The position numbers and the translations under genes were made by a program. 64,000 nt of DNA, taken from an uncultured candidate division Zixibacteria bacterium. GTDB lineage: Bacteria > Zixibacteria > MSB-5A5 > GN15 > FEB-12. The notes below the pieces were generated by a model, which did not search any database, was not told where the DNA came from, and worked only from the letters and a program-made list of their open reading frames with translations. The stretch covers positions 352,001-416,000 of the forward strand of contig CAVTJJ010000003.1 in NCBI GenBank assembly GCA_963735035.1, given 5' to 3'. Positions 1-9,149 of the stretch are shown piece after piece. Each line of letters starts with the position of its first letter. Position 1 is the first letter of the stretch.

Positions 1-1
1 A

Positions 2-1261
2 GTCGGAGTAGTCGCCGGATTGTCAGTCAATATAGGCGTCGGCGGCGACGACGCGTCCGTGTCGTGGATTGTGCGACAAATCACCGAACCGGTCGGGGCG
101 CTTTTCCTAAGGCTACTGCTGATGCTGGTGGTTCCGCTCGTGTTCTCGTCCCTGGTAGTCGGGGTGGCCGGGATCGGCGACCTTCGCAAGCTCGGACGGG
201 TAGGACTCAAGACTTTCTTATATACTGCTGTCATCTCCGCTATCTCGGTCGTGATCGGTCTGACCCTCGCCAACACGATCAAACCGGGCAAACATATCGA
301 TCCCGACACGGCGCAACGTCTCGAACAACGCTACGGCACCGAAGCCACCAAGCGGATCGAATCCGCGGCCGCGTCCAACAACGAGTCGCCCATGATGCGA
401 CTGGTCAAGACCGTCATGCCGTCGAACCCGATCGCCGCCGTATCGAGCGAAACGCCCAACATGCTCCATCTGATGTTCTTCGCTCTTGCCCTCGGGATCG
501 CCTGTACGCTGGTGCCTGAGAAAGTGAGCGGACCATTCGTACGAGTAATGGATGCGCTGTTTGCTCTTTCGGCGAAATTGATCGATATCGTCATGTACAT
601 CGCCCCGTATGCGGTCGCGTGTTTGTTGTTTACCAACATCGCCCAGTTCGGGATCGATCTTCTGCAGGCGCTCGGCTGGTTTATCGTGACCGTGCTGCTG
701 GGACTGTCGCTGCACATGTTCGGTGTCTATTCGCTTTCGGTCTGGCTGTTGTCGCGAATCAACCCTCTCGATTTCTTCAGGCGGATCAAAACCGTCATGC
801 TGACTGCGTTTTCGACCTCGTCATCGAATGCCACCCTCCCCACCGCGTTGGCGGAGACCGAACGCAACCTGGGTGTGCCGCGCGAGATCAATTCGTTCGT
901 GCTGACTATCGGCGCGACCGCCAACCAGAATGGCACCGCGCTCTACGAAGGCGTAACCGTGCTCTTCCTCGCGCAACTATCGGGAGTCGATTTGAGCCTG
1001 GGTCAACAGATCGTGGTCGCCTACCTGGCGATCCTTGGCGGGATCGGGACAGCGGGGGTGCCGTCGGGATCGATCCCGTTCATCATCGTCGTCCTGACGA
1101 CTATCGGGGTCAACCCGGCGTTGATTGCGATTATTCTCGGCGTGGATCGGATTCTCGACATGTGCCGCACGACCTTGAACGTGACTGGCGACATCACGGC
1201 CGCGACTTATATCGCCCGCTCCGAAGGGCAGTTGGTGCTGCCCAAGCGGGGGACGTTCTAG
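2..1261 (+). CDS. Dicarboxylate/amino acid:cation symporter (GltP/DctA, SDF family), 5'-truncated by the window edge
   Basis: Motifs TAFSTSSSNATLP, GATANQNGTALY and GVDRILDMCRTTLNVTGD; many TM segments; the frame is open back to base 2. Confidence 0.93.
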   Translation, partial: VGVVAGLSVNIGVGGDDASVSWIVRQITEPVGALFLRLLLMLVVPLVFSSLVVGVAGIGDLRKLGRVGLKTFLYTAVISAISVVIGLTLANTIKPGKHIDPDTAQRLEQRYGTEATKRIESAAASNNESPMMRLVKTVMPSNPIAAVSSETPNMLHLMFFALALGIACTLVPEKVSGPFVRVMDALFALSAKLIDIVMYIAPYAVACLLFTNIAQFGIDLLQALGWFIVTVLLGLSLHMFGVYSLSVWLLSRINPLDFFRRIKTVMLTAFSTSSSNATLPTALAETERNLGVPREINSFVLTIGATANQNGTALYEGVTVLFLAQLSGVDLSLGQQIVVAYLAILGGIGTAGVPSGSIPFIIVVLTTIGVNPALIAIILGVDRILDMCRTTLNVTGDITAATYIARSEGQLVLPKRGTF

Positions 1262-1280
1262 ACATCATATCTATTCTTAT

Positions 1281-1353
1281 GTAGGGCGGGTCCGCTTCGA
1301 ACCCGCCAATTGTCTCAACTTCCAACGCACCCACAGCAGAGCTGTGGGCTACC
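1281..1353. repeat. REP-like doublet (GTAG-ended palindromes in opposite orientation)
   Basis: GTAGGGCGGGTCCGCTTCGAACCCGCC on + at 1281 and GGTAGCCCACAGCTCTGCTGTGGGT on - at 1329-1353; the latter recurs exactly at about 57960 on +. Confidence 0.8.
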
Positions 1354-2194
1354 GTGCAAGAATCTTCGAACATGGTGCGCTAGCGGAAAAGATCAATTCG
1401 CCCGTTGTAGCATCGATCACGTTGCTCCACGCACGATACGCTGCGCCTTCAGATCCGATTCCAACCGCCGGAAAGCCGCTTGTTTCTATCACCCAGGCCG
1501 GTCCCGCCGAATCGCCCCAGCATAAGTATGACTTGAGGTACAGGCCAATTACAACTGTAGCCTGATTTGGGCCGCCGAGGTCGAGGCCATCGAGTGCTTC
1601 CATGAACGGCACTCTTGGCCGTTCGATTGGCACCCGGTATTTTCCGGTTAGTGCTTGCTGCAGCCTGGCGAAGCTGAGCTGACTCCAATAGGCAACGCTG
1701 TCATTTTCGGAGCAGTCGCTGCATACACCGATTACGCAGAATGGAACGGACCCTGAAGAGTCACAAAAGATCGTGAACCGTTTTCGTCTTGCGTCCACAT
1801 CTTTCCAGTTGTTCAGATCCAGCATCACCGGGCCAGTTTCCACCTTCCACACATCAACACCGAAGAGGGCTTCAGGCAGTTCAGGGGTACTCGACGCTGA
1901 TGCTTTCAGAAGTACCGGCTCAGAAAGCAGCACTTTATCGGATCTATCCCGAAGTCCGATTACGCTTGAAATCAATTGCTGCATCCGAGACGATGTCACA
2001 CTGTTAGTGGAATCCATTGTGGCCGCAGGATGATCGTTATTCTCGGCCAAGGAACTACTCACTATCACCACAAATAGGGCGGCGACCACAAATACCCCGC
2101 CAGCCACACACTTGCCAGTGTGCTTGCAAACTTCACCGTAATGCCCCGCACCTTGAACTCGCATAACACTATGATAGTGTCGTTGTCTAACCAC
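1349..2194 (-). CDS. Hypothetical exported protein with PepSY-like C-terminus; start uncertain
   Basis: Hydrophobic N-terminal segment (VFVVAALFVVIVSSSLA); C-terminal AWVIE...VIDATTGELI resembles a PepSY motif. Confidence 0.55.
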   Translation of the reverse strand: MVRQRHYHSVMRVQGAGHYGEVCKHTGKCVAGGVFVVAALFVVIVSSSLAENNDHPAATMDSTNSVTSSRMQQLISSVIGLRDRSDKVLLSEPVLLKASASSTPELPEALFGVDVWKVETGPVMLDLNNWKDVDARRKRFTIFCDSSGSVPFCVIGVCSDCSENDSVAYWSQLSFARLQQALTGKYRVPIERPRVPFMEALDGLDLGGPNQATVVIGLYLKSYLCWGDSAGPAWVIETSGFPAVGIGSEGAAYRAWSNVIDATTGELIFSASAPCSKILAR

Positions 2195-2207
2195 GTCAAT
2201 TACAATT

Positions 2208-2313
2208 GTGTTGCCGGGCAGAGACGCCCGGTAGCACGAAAATGGCTGGTTCCCGCCCCGGCGGGCAGGCGAAGACGGACCCGCCTTACTATTGTTGCAG
2301 AGCTGCGGGCTAC
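2208..2313. repeat. REP-like palindrome cluster
   Basis: Hairpin GTGTTGCCGGGCAGAGACGCCCGGTAGCAC (2208-2237); an inverted relative of the 1281 REP at 2260-2289; a partial GTAGCCCGCAGCTCTGC on -. Confidence 0.75.
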
Positions 2314-3017
2314 TAGACCGTCTTCCTCTTCACTCCTACAATCACGAGCCAGAGCATTATCGAAAGTTCGCCTATCATCATCGGCGCCATTATGATTCTT
2401 TGGACAGCATCTACATGAGCCGGGAATAGCAAAGAAGCGCAGCTAAGAACGAGGTAACTGAATCCGTTTATTATCAGCAGAATACCAAGAATCCTGGGAA
2501 TGAATCTCGACTTGATCACGAGAAGGCCAAAGGGAAATAGCCATAGACCCCAGAATAACTCCCCGGTAAAGGTAAATTGCTGATCCAAATTGAGAAAGAA
2601 CATGGCCGCGGCGTGCAATTGAGACGGTGAGAAAACAGACAAATATTCGGCGCCGCTCAAGAGCACCAATGGGGCTACCGAATTAAGTATGGATAGAAAC
2701 GCGATTGGTACCGAAGCCAGCACTAGTGCCACCATAAGCCGCGCATATCTCAGGTTAACATCTTTGAACAGACGGTATAGATACAATGCCGTGACTACGA
2801 ATACGCTCTGACTTATCAGGTTAACCAGAATGCCGATACGATACAGCATCTCATTAGCCAAGATGTTACTGGCTGTCGCTTCGGCGTTGCCTGTTACCAT
2901 TATCTTCTTTGGGAGATACAGCAGGCAGAAGACACCGGTTATGGTCATGGCGAGATACCAGAACCCGGCAGTTCTGGCTGTCTTGCGCAATTGTGAATCT
3001 GCCAATTGGTTTGTCAT
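2313..3017 (-). CDS. DUF4386-family membrane protein
   Basis: ARTAGFWYL, ATASNILANEMLYRIG, FWGLWLFPFGLLVIKSRFIPRILG and GELSIMLWL are typical of the family; GGAGG SD precedes the ATG at 3017. Confidence 0.8.
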   Translation of the reverse strand: MTNQLADSQLRKTARTAGFWYLAMTITGVFCLLYLPKKIMVTGNAEATASNILANEMLYRIGILVNLISQSVFVVTALYLYRLFKDVNLRYARLMVALVLASVPIAFLSILNSVAPLVLLSGAEYLSVFSPSQLHAAAMFFLNLDQQFTFTGELFWGLWLFPFGLLVIKSRFIPRILGILLIINGFSYLVLSCASLLFPAHVDAVQRIIMAPMMIGELSIMLWLVIVGVKRKTV

Positions 3018-3018
3018 G

Positions 3019-3474
3019 TTAGTTCCTCCTGTCTCGGCTCCGTAGCGATAGCGCCAGGCCAACAATCGTCAAAGCGAAGAGTACAAGGTTCATGGCAGGT
3101 CCCGGTACTGTCCCCGTACGCACAATTGGAATGAAATAGAGAACCAGTTGCCTGGCCAGATAATCGAATCCGAGCAGTGCAAACATGAAGGGGATCGCGC
3201 TGCGATATCGTACCAGCGCCAATACGCCCAGCAAAGACAGGATCAGGCGGGCAAGACCTGAGATCGCGAAAAGAGCCAGGATTGTCTGCGCGGCTCCGGG
3301 CGAGTAGGTGTCAAGAGGGATGCCGTCGGCTGATACCGCGATAGACGGGCCGTTGAAGATGACCATCACACCCTGGAGGATCTTCACGGACGCGATCAGG
3401 GCGAAGAGCCAAAGCGCAAGCCGGTAACCGTGATATGTATTGTCCATGCGCTCCGGAAGAAGCCGATTGGTCAT
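3019..3474 (-). CDS. Hypothetical 4-TM membrane protein
   Basis: Four hydrophobic segments; AAGAAGGA SD before the ATG at 3474; ends 1 nt from the DUF4386 start. Confidence 0.75.
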   Translation of the reverse strand: MTNRLLPERMDNTYHGYRLALWLFALIASVKILQGVMVIFNGPSIAVSADGIPLDTYSPGAAQTILALFAISGLARLILSLLGVLALVRYRSAIPFMFALLGFDYLARQLVLYFIPIVRTGTVPGPAMNLVLFALTIVGLALSLRSRDRRN

Positions 3475-3675
3475 GAAAGTTTCCTTCTTGGTTAAGGGCG
3501 GTATCGAGGCGCCGATTACAGGCATGATAAGTTATCGGGGCCCACTATACGACAACAACGCGCATCCAGATGTTGCATGTAGAAGACATAAAATCGCCTC
3601 CATAGGATTGACCACCCAGCCTTTGAAAATGATCGGCAGGGTTCTATCCCTGCCGTCGTGCTGACGGCAGGCACA

Positions 3676-3917
3676 GAGGCCTGCCGATCATATTTGCGGG
3701 TACCACGGTCAAGCCGGGGCAAAACGGACACGGGGTGGTAGTTGTACGAGCCGGCAGATGTGGACATCTGCCGGGCACGTGAAGTGCTTCCGGCAGGCTC
3801 GGAGGCCTGCCGATCATATTTGCGGGTGCCACGGTCAAGCCGGGGCAAGACAGACACGGGGTGGTAGTTGTACGAGCCGGCAGATGTGGATCCGCCGCAG
3901 CGGACCGGGCACGTGAA
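3676..3917. repeat. Two tandem copies (126-bp period) of a composite REP/BIME-like unit
   Basis: GAGGCCTGCCGATCATATTTGCGGGT...GTTGTACGAGCCGGCAGATGTGGA starts at 3676 and again at 3802; each unit holds several hairpins. Confidence 0.9.
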
Positions 3918-3944
3918 TCTAACAACCCTTGGGTGCCCCCCTAA

Positions 3945-4973
3945 GTTCACAAACGAAGTGCAACACCTGTTAAAGGTGTTGTCATGGAACGAAGATATGC
4001 ACAGATCAATCTTGAAGAGCGGTGTGAGATTGCCCGCTTACACACCAACGGGCGGTCGCTCCGGCAAATCGCGGCAGCTCTGGATCGCGCGCCATCGACC
4101 ATTGCTCGGGAGATAAGGCGAAATCGCAGCCGACAAAGCGGTTACCTGCCCGCCTATGCCAACGACCAGAGCCGTGCCCGGCGTTGGACCGGCTCCAAAT
4201 TGGATCGCCGTCCAGAACTGCGCGACATGGTAGTGATGGGACTAGCTAATGGTTTGTCTCCGGAGTTGGTCGCGGGAAGGCTGGCCGTGGAGATGGGCCG
4301 GAAGGTGATTTCCTACGAAACGATCTACCGGTTTATCTACGCGCAGATCGCCCGTACTAAGGATTACACTTGGCGGTACTTACTGATCCGTGGCCGAGCC
4401 AGACGTAGCTGGCGAGGGTGCAAGAGAGGTCGGTCGACGTCGTCTATAGCCCTGCGGTGCCCTATCTCCGCGCGGCCGAAGAGCGCCAAGAGCCGGAAAA
4501 CACCAGGACACTGGGAAGGTGATCTCATGAACTTCCGAAAACCCGATCAGAGCGTCCTCGTCCTTCATGAGCGACACTCACGCCTGATGATGGGGGTTAA
4601 GCTACCCGCCAAAGATGCCGCCTCGGTTGCTAAGGCCATGTGCACTCTCCTGGCACCCTTGCCGCCCGCCTGGCGACAGACCATCACCTTCGATAACGGT
4701 CCCGAGTTCGGCCAGCACTACCGACTCCATGACCACGACATCGAGACCTACTTCTGTAACACCTACTCACCCTGGCAGAAAGGCGGCGTCGAAAATGGAA
4801 TCGGTCGCCTCCGACGCCGACTCCCTCGGTCAACCGACTTGACCAAACTCTCGCCGAGACGGTTCGCAGACTTCTTTCAAATCTACAATAACACGCCTCG
4901 AAAATGCCTGGACTTCCTCACTCCAGCAGAGTTCTTTTGGCTCGAACTGTTGCACTTCAAATGTGAATCCAGC
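3945..4973 (+). mobile_element. IS30-family insertion sequence (left boundary uncertain by a few bases)
   Basis: Inverted repeats TTCACAAACGAAGTGCAACA (3946-3965) and TGTTGCACTTCAAATGTGAA (4948-4967); direct repeat CCCCCCTAA at 3936-3944 and 4974-4982. Confidence 0.85.
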
Positions 4974-4982
4974 CCCCCCTAA
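3984..4982 (+). CDS. IS30-family DDE transposase
   Basis: N-terminal HTH (SLRQIAAALDRAPSTIAREIRRN); catalytic motifs GHWEGDL, TITFDNGPEF and SPWQKGGVEN; YNNTPRKCL. Confidence 0.95.
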   Translation: MERRYAQINLEERCEIARLHTNGRSLRQIAAALDRAPSTIAREIRRNRSRQSGYLPAYANDQSRARRWTGSKLDRRPELRDMVVMGLANGLSPELVAGRLAVEMGRKVISYETIYRFIYAQIARTKDYTWRYLLIRGRARRSWRGCKRGRSTSSIALRCPISARPKSAKSRKTPGHWEGDLMNFRKPDQSVLVLHERHSRLMMGVKLPAKDAASVAKAMCTLLAPLPPAWRQTITFDNGPEFGQHYRLHDHDIETYFCNTYSPWQKGGVENGIGRLRRRLPRSTDLTKLSPRRFADFFQIYNNTPRKCLDFLTPAEFFWLELLHFKCESSPP

Positions 4983-5063
4983 AGCGGGGCAAGACAGACA
5001 GGGGCGCGGGGCTAAACAGAATTGCGATAGCGATTGACCATGTCGGGTTTGCCGCCCGACAAA

Positions 5064-5579
5064 TCAACGCGGCGAACCCGACCTACTAGGATCGCTCTTG
5101 TACTGCGCAATGATCTTGTTGAGCTCGTCCGGGTCGGACGGTGGGTTCTTCACCCATTCGGGAGGATCCATCTTAGGTGGGAATATGCCGATGTAGCGCT
5201 GATACCATTTCCAGTTTCGTTTCTCGAGTTTGTACCACGCTTTGATTGCTTTCTCTTTCTGCTTTGCGATGGCATCATAGGCTTCAATCTTCTGCAGCAA
5301 TATCTCCACACTCTGGCGTTTCTCCAGCGCGCGATAGAATGTCGCATACTCCTGCGGATTGAACACCACCTGAGCCATCGGCTCGAAAAAGATCATTGCC
5401 TGCGAAATGAGAAAATTGGCCGGCTTCACCGACTCGCCGATCATGATCCCGGCAATCGTCCCCGCCGCGCCCCATTTGACAAACCACTTGGCAGCCTTCT
5501 CCAGCACCGCCATCTCTTCCTCGGGAAGCGGCTGAAACGACGGATCATCGATGGATGGTTCACCGCCAAACAAAGGCAT
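5064..5579 (-). CDS. Conserved hypothetical protein
   Basis: Last ORF of a tightly packed minus-strand run; protein-like composition; start overlaps the upstream stop. Confidence 0.75.
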   Translation of the reverse strand: MPLFGGEPSIDDPSFQPLPEEEMAVLEKAAKWFVKWGAAGTIAGIMIGESVKPANFLISQAMIFFEPMAQVVFNPQEYATFYRALEKRQSVEILLQKIEAYDAIAKQKEKAIKAWYKLEKRNWKWYQRYIGIFPPKMDPPEWVKNPPSDPDELNKIIAQYKSDPSRSGSPR

Positions 5580-6070
5580 CAGGACTTATCCCCTTCGGTC
5601 ATAACAGCACCGTTTTGTAGAGCGTGGGCAATACGCTCGCGCACGAAAGCGGTCACGGCTTCGTTGTTATTCTCGAACATAATGTAGAGACCGCGAAAGT
5701 TTTCCAGCCGCGTCGGAGTCGCAAATGGCGAGAGCAGGATCCCTTTCTTGTCGGGATAACAACTGCGATAGAGTTTCCACTCTTTAACCAGAGTCTGCGT
5801 GGTCGTCTTGACCGTGACGCTCTGGCCGGTCATTCTGTAACGGGTCGGAAAATAGAACTTGGCCAGCGAGCCTAGCATGATCAGCAGAGCCAAAATTGTG
5901 AACAGGTGCGATTCCATCCAACTATAGACGCACACCGCCACCAGAATAACAAACAGACTTACCGCCACCGACACCCACGGTTTGCGTTTGACCGGGTGGA
6001 CAGTCCATTCAAGTACCGGGCCATGATCCGGCGCAGTCGTTTCTGTTTGGCTCTGTTGCTGGTCGGACAT
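5579..6070 (-). CDS. Hypothetical membrane protein (2 TM plus soluble domain)
   Basis: Two TM helices followed by a soluble region; operon-like packing. Confidence 0.75.
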   Translation of the reverse strand: MSDQQQSQTETTAPDHGPVLEWTVHPVKRKPWVSVAVSLFVILVAVCVYSWMESHLFTILALLIMLGSLAKFYFPTRYRMTGQSVTVKTTTQTLVKEWKLYRSCYPDKKGILLSPFATPTRLENFRGLYIMFENNNEAVTAFVRERIAHALQNGAVMTEGDKS

Positions 6071-6077
6071 GGCGTGA

Positions 6078-6284
6078 CTACTTCTTCTCCGGCTGACGGT
6101 ATCGTTCCTTCTTGACCGTTTCCATCATCTCGATCAATTCTTTCGGCTCGAACAATTTCTTCGTTATCAGAAGTCGCACCAGCGCTTCCTGCGCGAGGTT
6201 GTTTGACAGGGCGAGCTCCTCAAAGGAGACATCGATCTCCTTGCCGTTCACGATCATCTTAAGGGCAACGTTTTTGTCAGCCAT
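6078..6284 (-). CDS. Small hypothetical protein (68 aa)
   Basis: GGAG SD; amphipathic helices (EELALSNNLAQEALVRLL...ELIEMMETVK); operon packing. Confidence 0.7.
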   Translation of the reverse strand: MADKNVALKMIVNGKEIDVSFEELALSNNLAQEALVRLLITKKLFEPKELIEMMETVKKERYRQPEKK

Positions 6285-6376
6285 CGGTTACTCCGCTTCT
6301 ATCCGGGACAGAGGTTGTACGTTCGGGGATAATATAAGATATCAAGAGTTCAGAAGAAAGAGCAGTGCGCAGCCGG

Positions 6377-8165
6377 TTACTCGGCCTTAGCGCCGGTCGA
6401 GTCGGCCGTTTTGCCGAGAAGAGTCGGCACACCACGGAGCAATTGATACATCGGCAGTTCGACATTTTCCCGGTGCTCGCCAAAAGTGATCGGAGCCGCC
6501 GCGCCGGAGTAATTTCGCACCCGGCTTAGTTTGGTCACGAGATCCTGTCGCGTGGCTGCGCCGGCCATCAGAGCCTGCGCGATAAGCTTGACCGCATCGT
6601 AACCCAGCCCAGCCAGCCGATGCGGCTGCTCACCGTAGCGGGCGTCGTAAAGCGACGCGAACTTGACATACTCCTGGCTGCGCTCCTGTTCGAGGAACGG
6701 CGACGGGAACACTGCCTGCCGGGTGACATCATCACCGAGAGCATAGACGGCATTGTCGCCCCAACCGTCAGAACCGAGGTAGAACGTCTCGATGCTGTAG
6801 AATTTCAACTGTGGCAGCAGCAGCCGAAGTTGTTCTGCTGATCCCGGAAGGTAAAGGCAGTCGATACTAGCCGGGACGGCCTCGATATCGAGCGTGTCGC
6901 CCCTGTCATTTACATAAGCCGCCGAGTCCGGCTGACCACCCAACAGCACCATCTTGAGATCGCGGACATACTGCCCAAAATCGCGGTCGCGCGAGCGGTA
7001 GTATTCAGTTGCCACAACTTTACCGCCGAGGGCTTCAAACCGTTCCTCGAAAGCCTGGGCCATGCGAAGTTGATCGGTGGTAGTCGGCGTGATTATCGCG
7101 GCGGAGTCGGCGCCCCGCTTGAGCACGGCATACTCGGCGGCACGCACACCCTGCAGCTCAATATTGGGCGAAAGTTGGAATGAACTCTCCGAAAGCAGCG
7201 TCAGTCCGGCCTGAGTAGCCGCCGGTATTATCAGCGGCAGGAAATCACAACTAAGCGCAGCAGCCGTCACCGCAGTCTCCTCACTGGTGAGAGGACCGAT
7301 GACAGCATCGGTGCCGGTATGTACCAGTTCCCGGGCGAGCCGGGCAGCATCGATCGGATTCCCCTTCGTATCGTACGGAGTCAGTCGCAACTGACGGCCG
7401 GAGTCGCGACGGAACTGTTCGGCGCCTATTGTTGCGCCGCGATAGATCGCCTCACCGAACGATTGCATATCACCTGACAGCGGCAACAATAACGCCAGTT
7501 CCAAATCGGAACTCAGAGACAGGACCGCGGAACTGTCTGCTCGCAGCGCGACGGCCGGTACAGACGGCTCGTAAGCGCAGGGCCTGAGTCGTGTCGGCCC
7601 GCTTCTCGAGCGCTACCGCGACCGGTTCTATCAGTTGACAACGGCGGACCGGATCAAGCGAACCGAAATCGGCATCTCCGAGAGTAACGACTTCTGCCTG
7701 TGCAACCGCCTCGACGACGGAGTTGATGATCAGATCATCCAGCCTTATGTCATTCGACAAACGAAAAGCATCGATATAAGCCGCCACCGCCTGGCTCTGT
7801 TGAGCTTTCAGATAATAGGAGTTTCCCTCAAAGAAATAAGCGTGGGCGATCAGAGGCGAGTTGGGAAAGCGATTGATGAAATCACCGAAACCCTCGAGCG
7901 CGTCGGATCGATTGCCGAAATACAATTCCGCTTTGGCGTGATTGAGAATGAAGAGATCGAGATTCCTGGAGTCGGGATAGTGTTCGGCCAACTGGGTGAA
8001 CTGACGGGAAGCTTCGAGGAAGTGACCATCGCGCAGCAACCGCCTAGCCTTCGCATAGTCCGAGAGTATTTCCGGTCGATCATCGAGCAGTTCGACGGCG
8101 GATACACCCACAGCGGCCCCGCAGAGCAGAGCCACAAGCAACATCAGCCGAAATCGGGACCGCAT
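6377..8165 (-). CDS. TPR plus periplasmic-binding-fold protein (LpoA/LppC-like), split by a frameshift near 7510-7560
   Basis: ORF 7470-8165 has a signal peptide and TPR-like repeats; ORF 6377-7504 has ALLLPLSG, VIGPL, LGSDGW and GYDAV of LppC/LivJ-type domains. Confidence 0.8.
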
Positions 8166-8669
8166 CTACAGATTGTATTTCCCAAAATCTTCGGGATTAA
8201 TCTTCTTGAGCCTCTCGCGCAACGACTCTCGATCGGTCGGCATGGGAGGCGACTCCTGGTCCTGGTCGCTCTTGGTGCGCGGCTCAAACAACTCGGCGTT
8301 GACAAAGATCGGGCAGCCGGTCTTGAGAGCGAGCGCGATCGAATCCGAAGGCCGGGCATCGAGTTGCCGCCCGTCGCCGTTACGAGTCAGATGCACCACC
8401 GCATAGAAGGTCTGCTCCCGAAGCTCGGTGATTTCGACTCGCGCGACCTTCGCTTCCAGAGCCTCGATGGCCTGTTTCATCAGGTCGTGAGTGAGAGGGC
8501 GCTTGGCTGCGACGCCGGACAACTCCATAGCGATGGCCCATGCCTCGGCATGGCCGATCCAGATCGGCAAGACTTTGTCATCCTCCTCTGCTGGTGACAA
8601 AATGACCACCGGGGTATTAGTGGTCATGTCGAGCGCCAGTCCCTCGAGTTTGACCTGTACCATTTTCAT
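8166..8669 (-). CDS. Bifunctional nuclease family protein (DUF151)
   Basis: LPIWIGHAEAWAI, RPLTHDL and DARPSDSIALAL. Confidence 0.92.
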   Translation of the reverse strand: MKMVQVKLEGLALDMTTNTPVVILSPAEEDDKVLPIWIGHAEAWAIAMELSGVAAKRPLTHDLMKQAIEALEAKVARVEITELREQTFYAVVHLTRNGDGRQLDARPSDSIALALKTGCPIFVNAELFEPRTKSDQDQESPPMPTDRESLRERLKKINPEDFGKYNL

Positions 8670-8673
8670 GGCT

Positions 8674-9120
8674 CTATATTTTCTTGACGACCCAGACCTT
8701 GCAATTGGCCGTCACTTCCTTGTCGACCTTGATCGGAACCGTATAGACGCCGAGCGCCTTGATCGGTTCTTCGAGGATCAACGTGCGCTTCTCGGCCGTA
8801 ATACCCTGCTGCTGCAGCATGGTAACGATATCCTGAGAGGTCACGGATCCGTACATCTTGTCTTCCTCGCCGACCAACACTTCGATCGAGAGTTCGATCT
8901 TTTCGATACGGTCCTTGAGAATCTCCGCCGTGCGCTTGCGCTTGCGATCACGCACCGCCGACTGTTTGGCGATCTCACCGATCGATTTTAGATTGGCCCG
9001 AGTCGCGGCAATCGCCAGATTCCTCGGAATGAGGTAGTTGCGACCGAATCCGGCCTTGACGTCAATCGTCTGACCCGAGTGGCCGACATCGGGAACGTCT
9101 TCTCGCAGAATCACTTTCAT
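8674..9120 (-). CDS. rplI: 50S ribosomal protein L9
   Basis: MKVILREDV...VKAGFGRNYLIP; MYGSVT; PIKALG. Confidence 0.97.
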   Translation of the reverse strand: MKVILREDVPDVGHSGQTIDVKAGFGRNYLIPRNLAIAATRANLKSIGEIAKQSAVRDRKRKRTAEILKDRIEKIELSIEVLVGEEDKMYGSVTSQDIVTMLQQQGITAEKRTLILEEPIKALGVYTVPIKVDKEVTANCKVWVVKKI

Positions 9121-9149
9121 AAGAACCTCGCGGTAATTATAACCAAATA

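Noticed and set aside
1349..3474. Integron cassette array (short co-oriented accessory genes)
   Set aside because: I found no attC-like RYYYAAC...GTTRRRY sites between the genes and no integrase; the intergenic palindromes are REP-like.
3516..3950. ORFs 3516-3950 and 3644-3925 with repeated peptides
   Set aside because: They are translations of the 126-bp non-coding tandem repeat.
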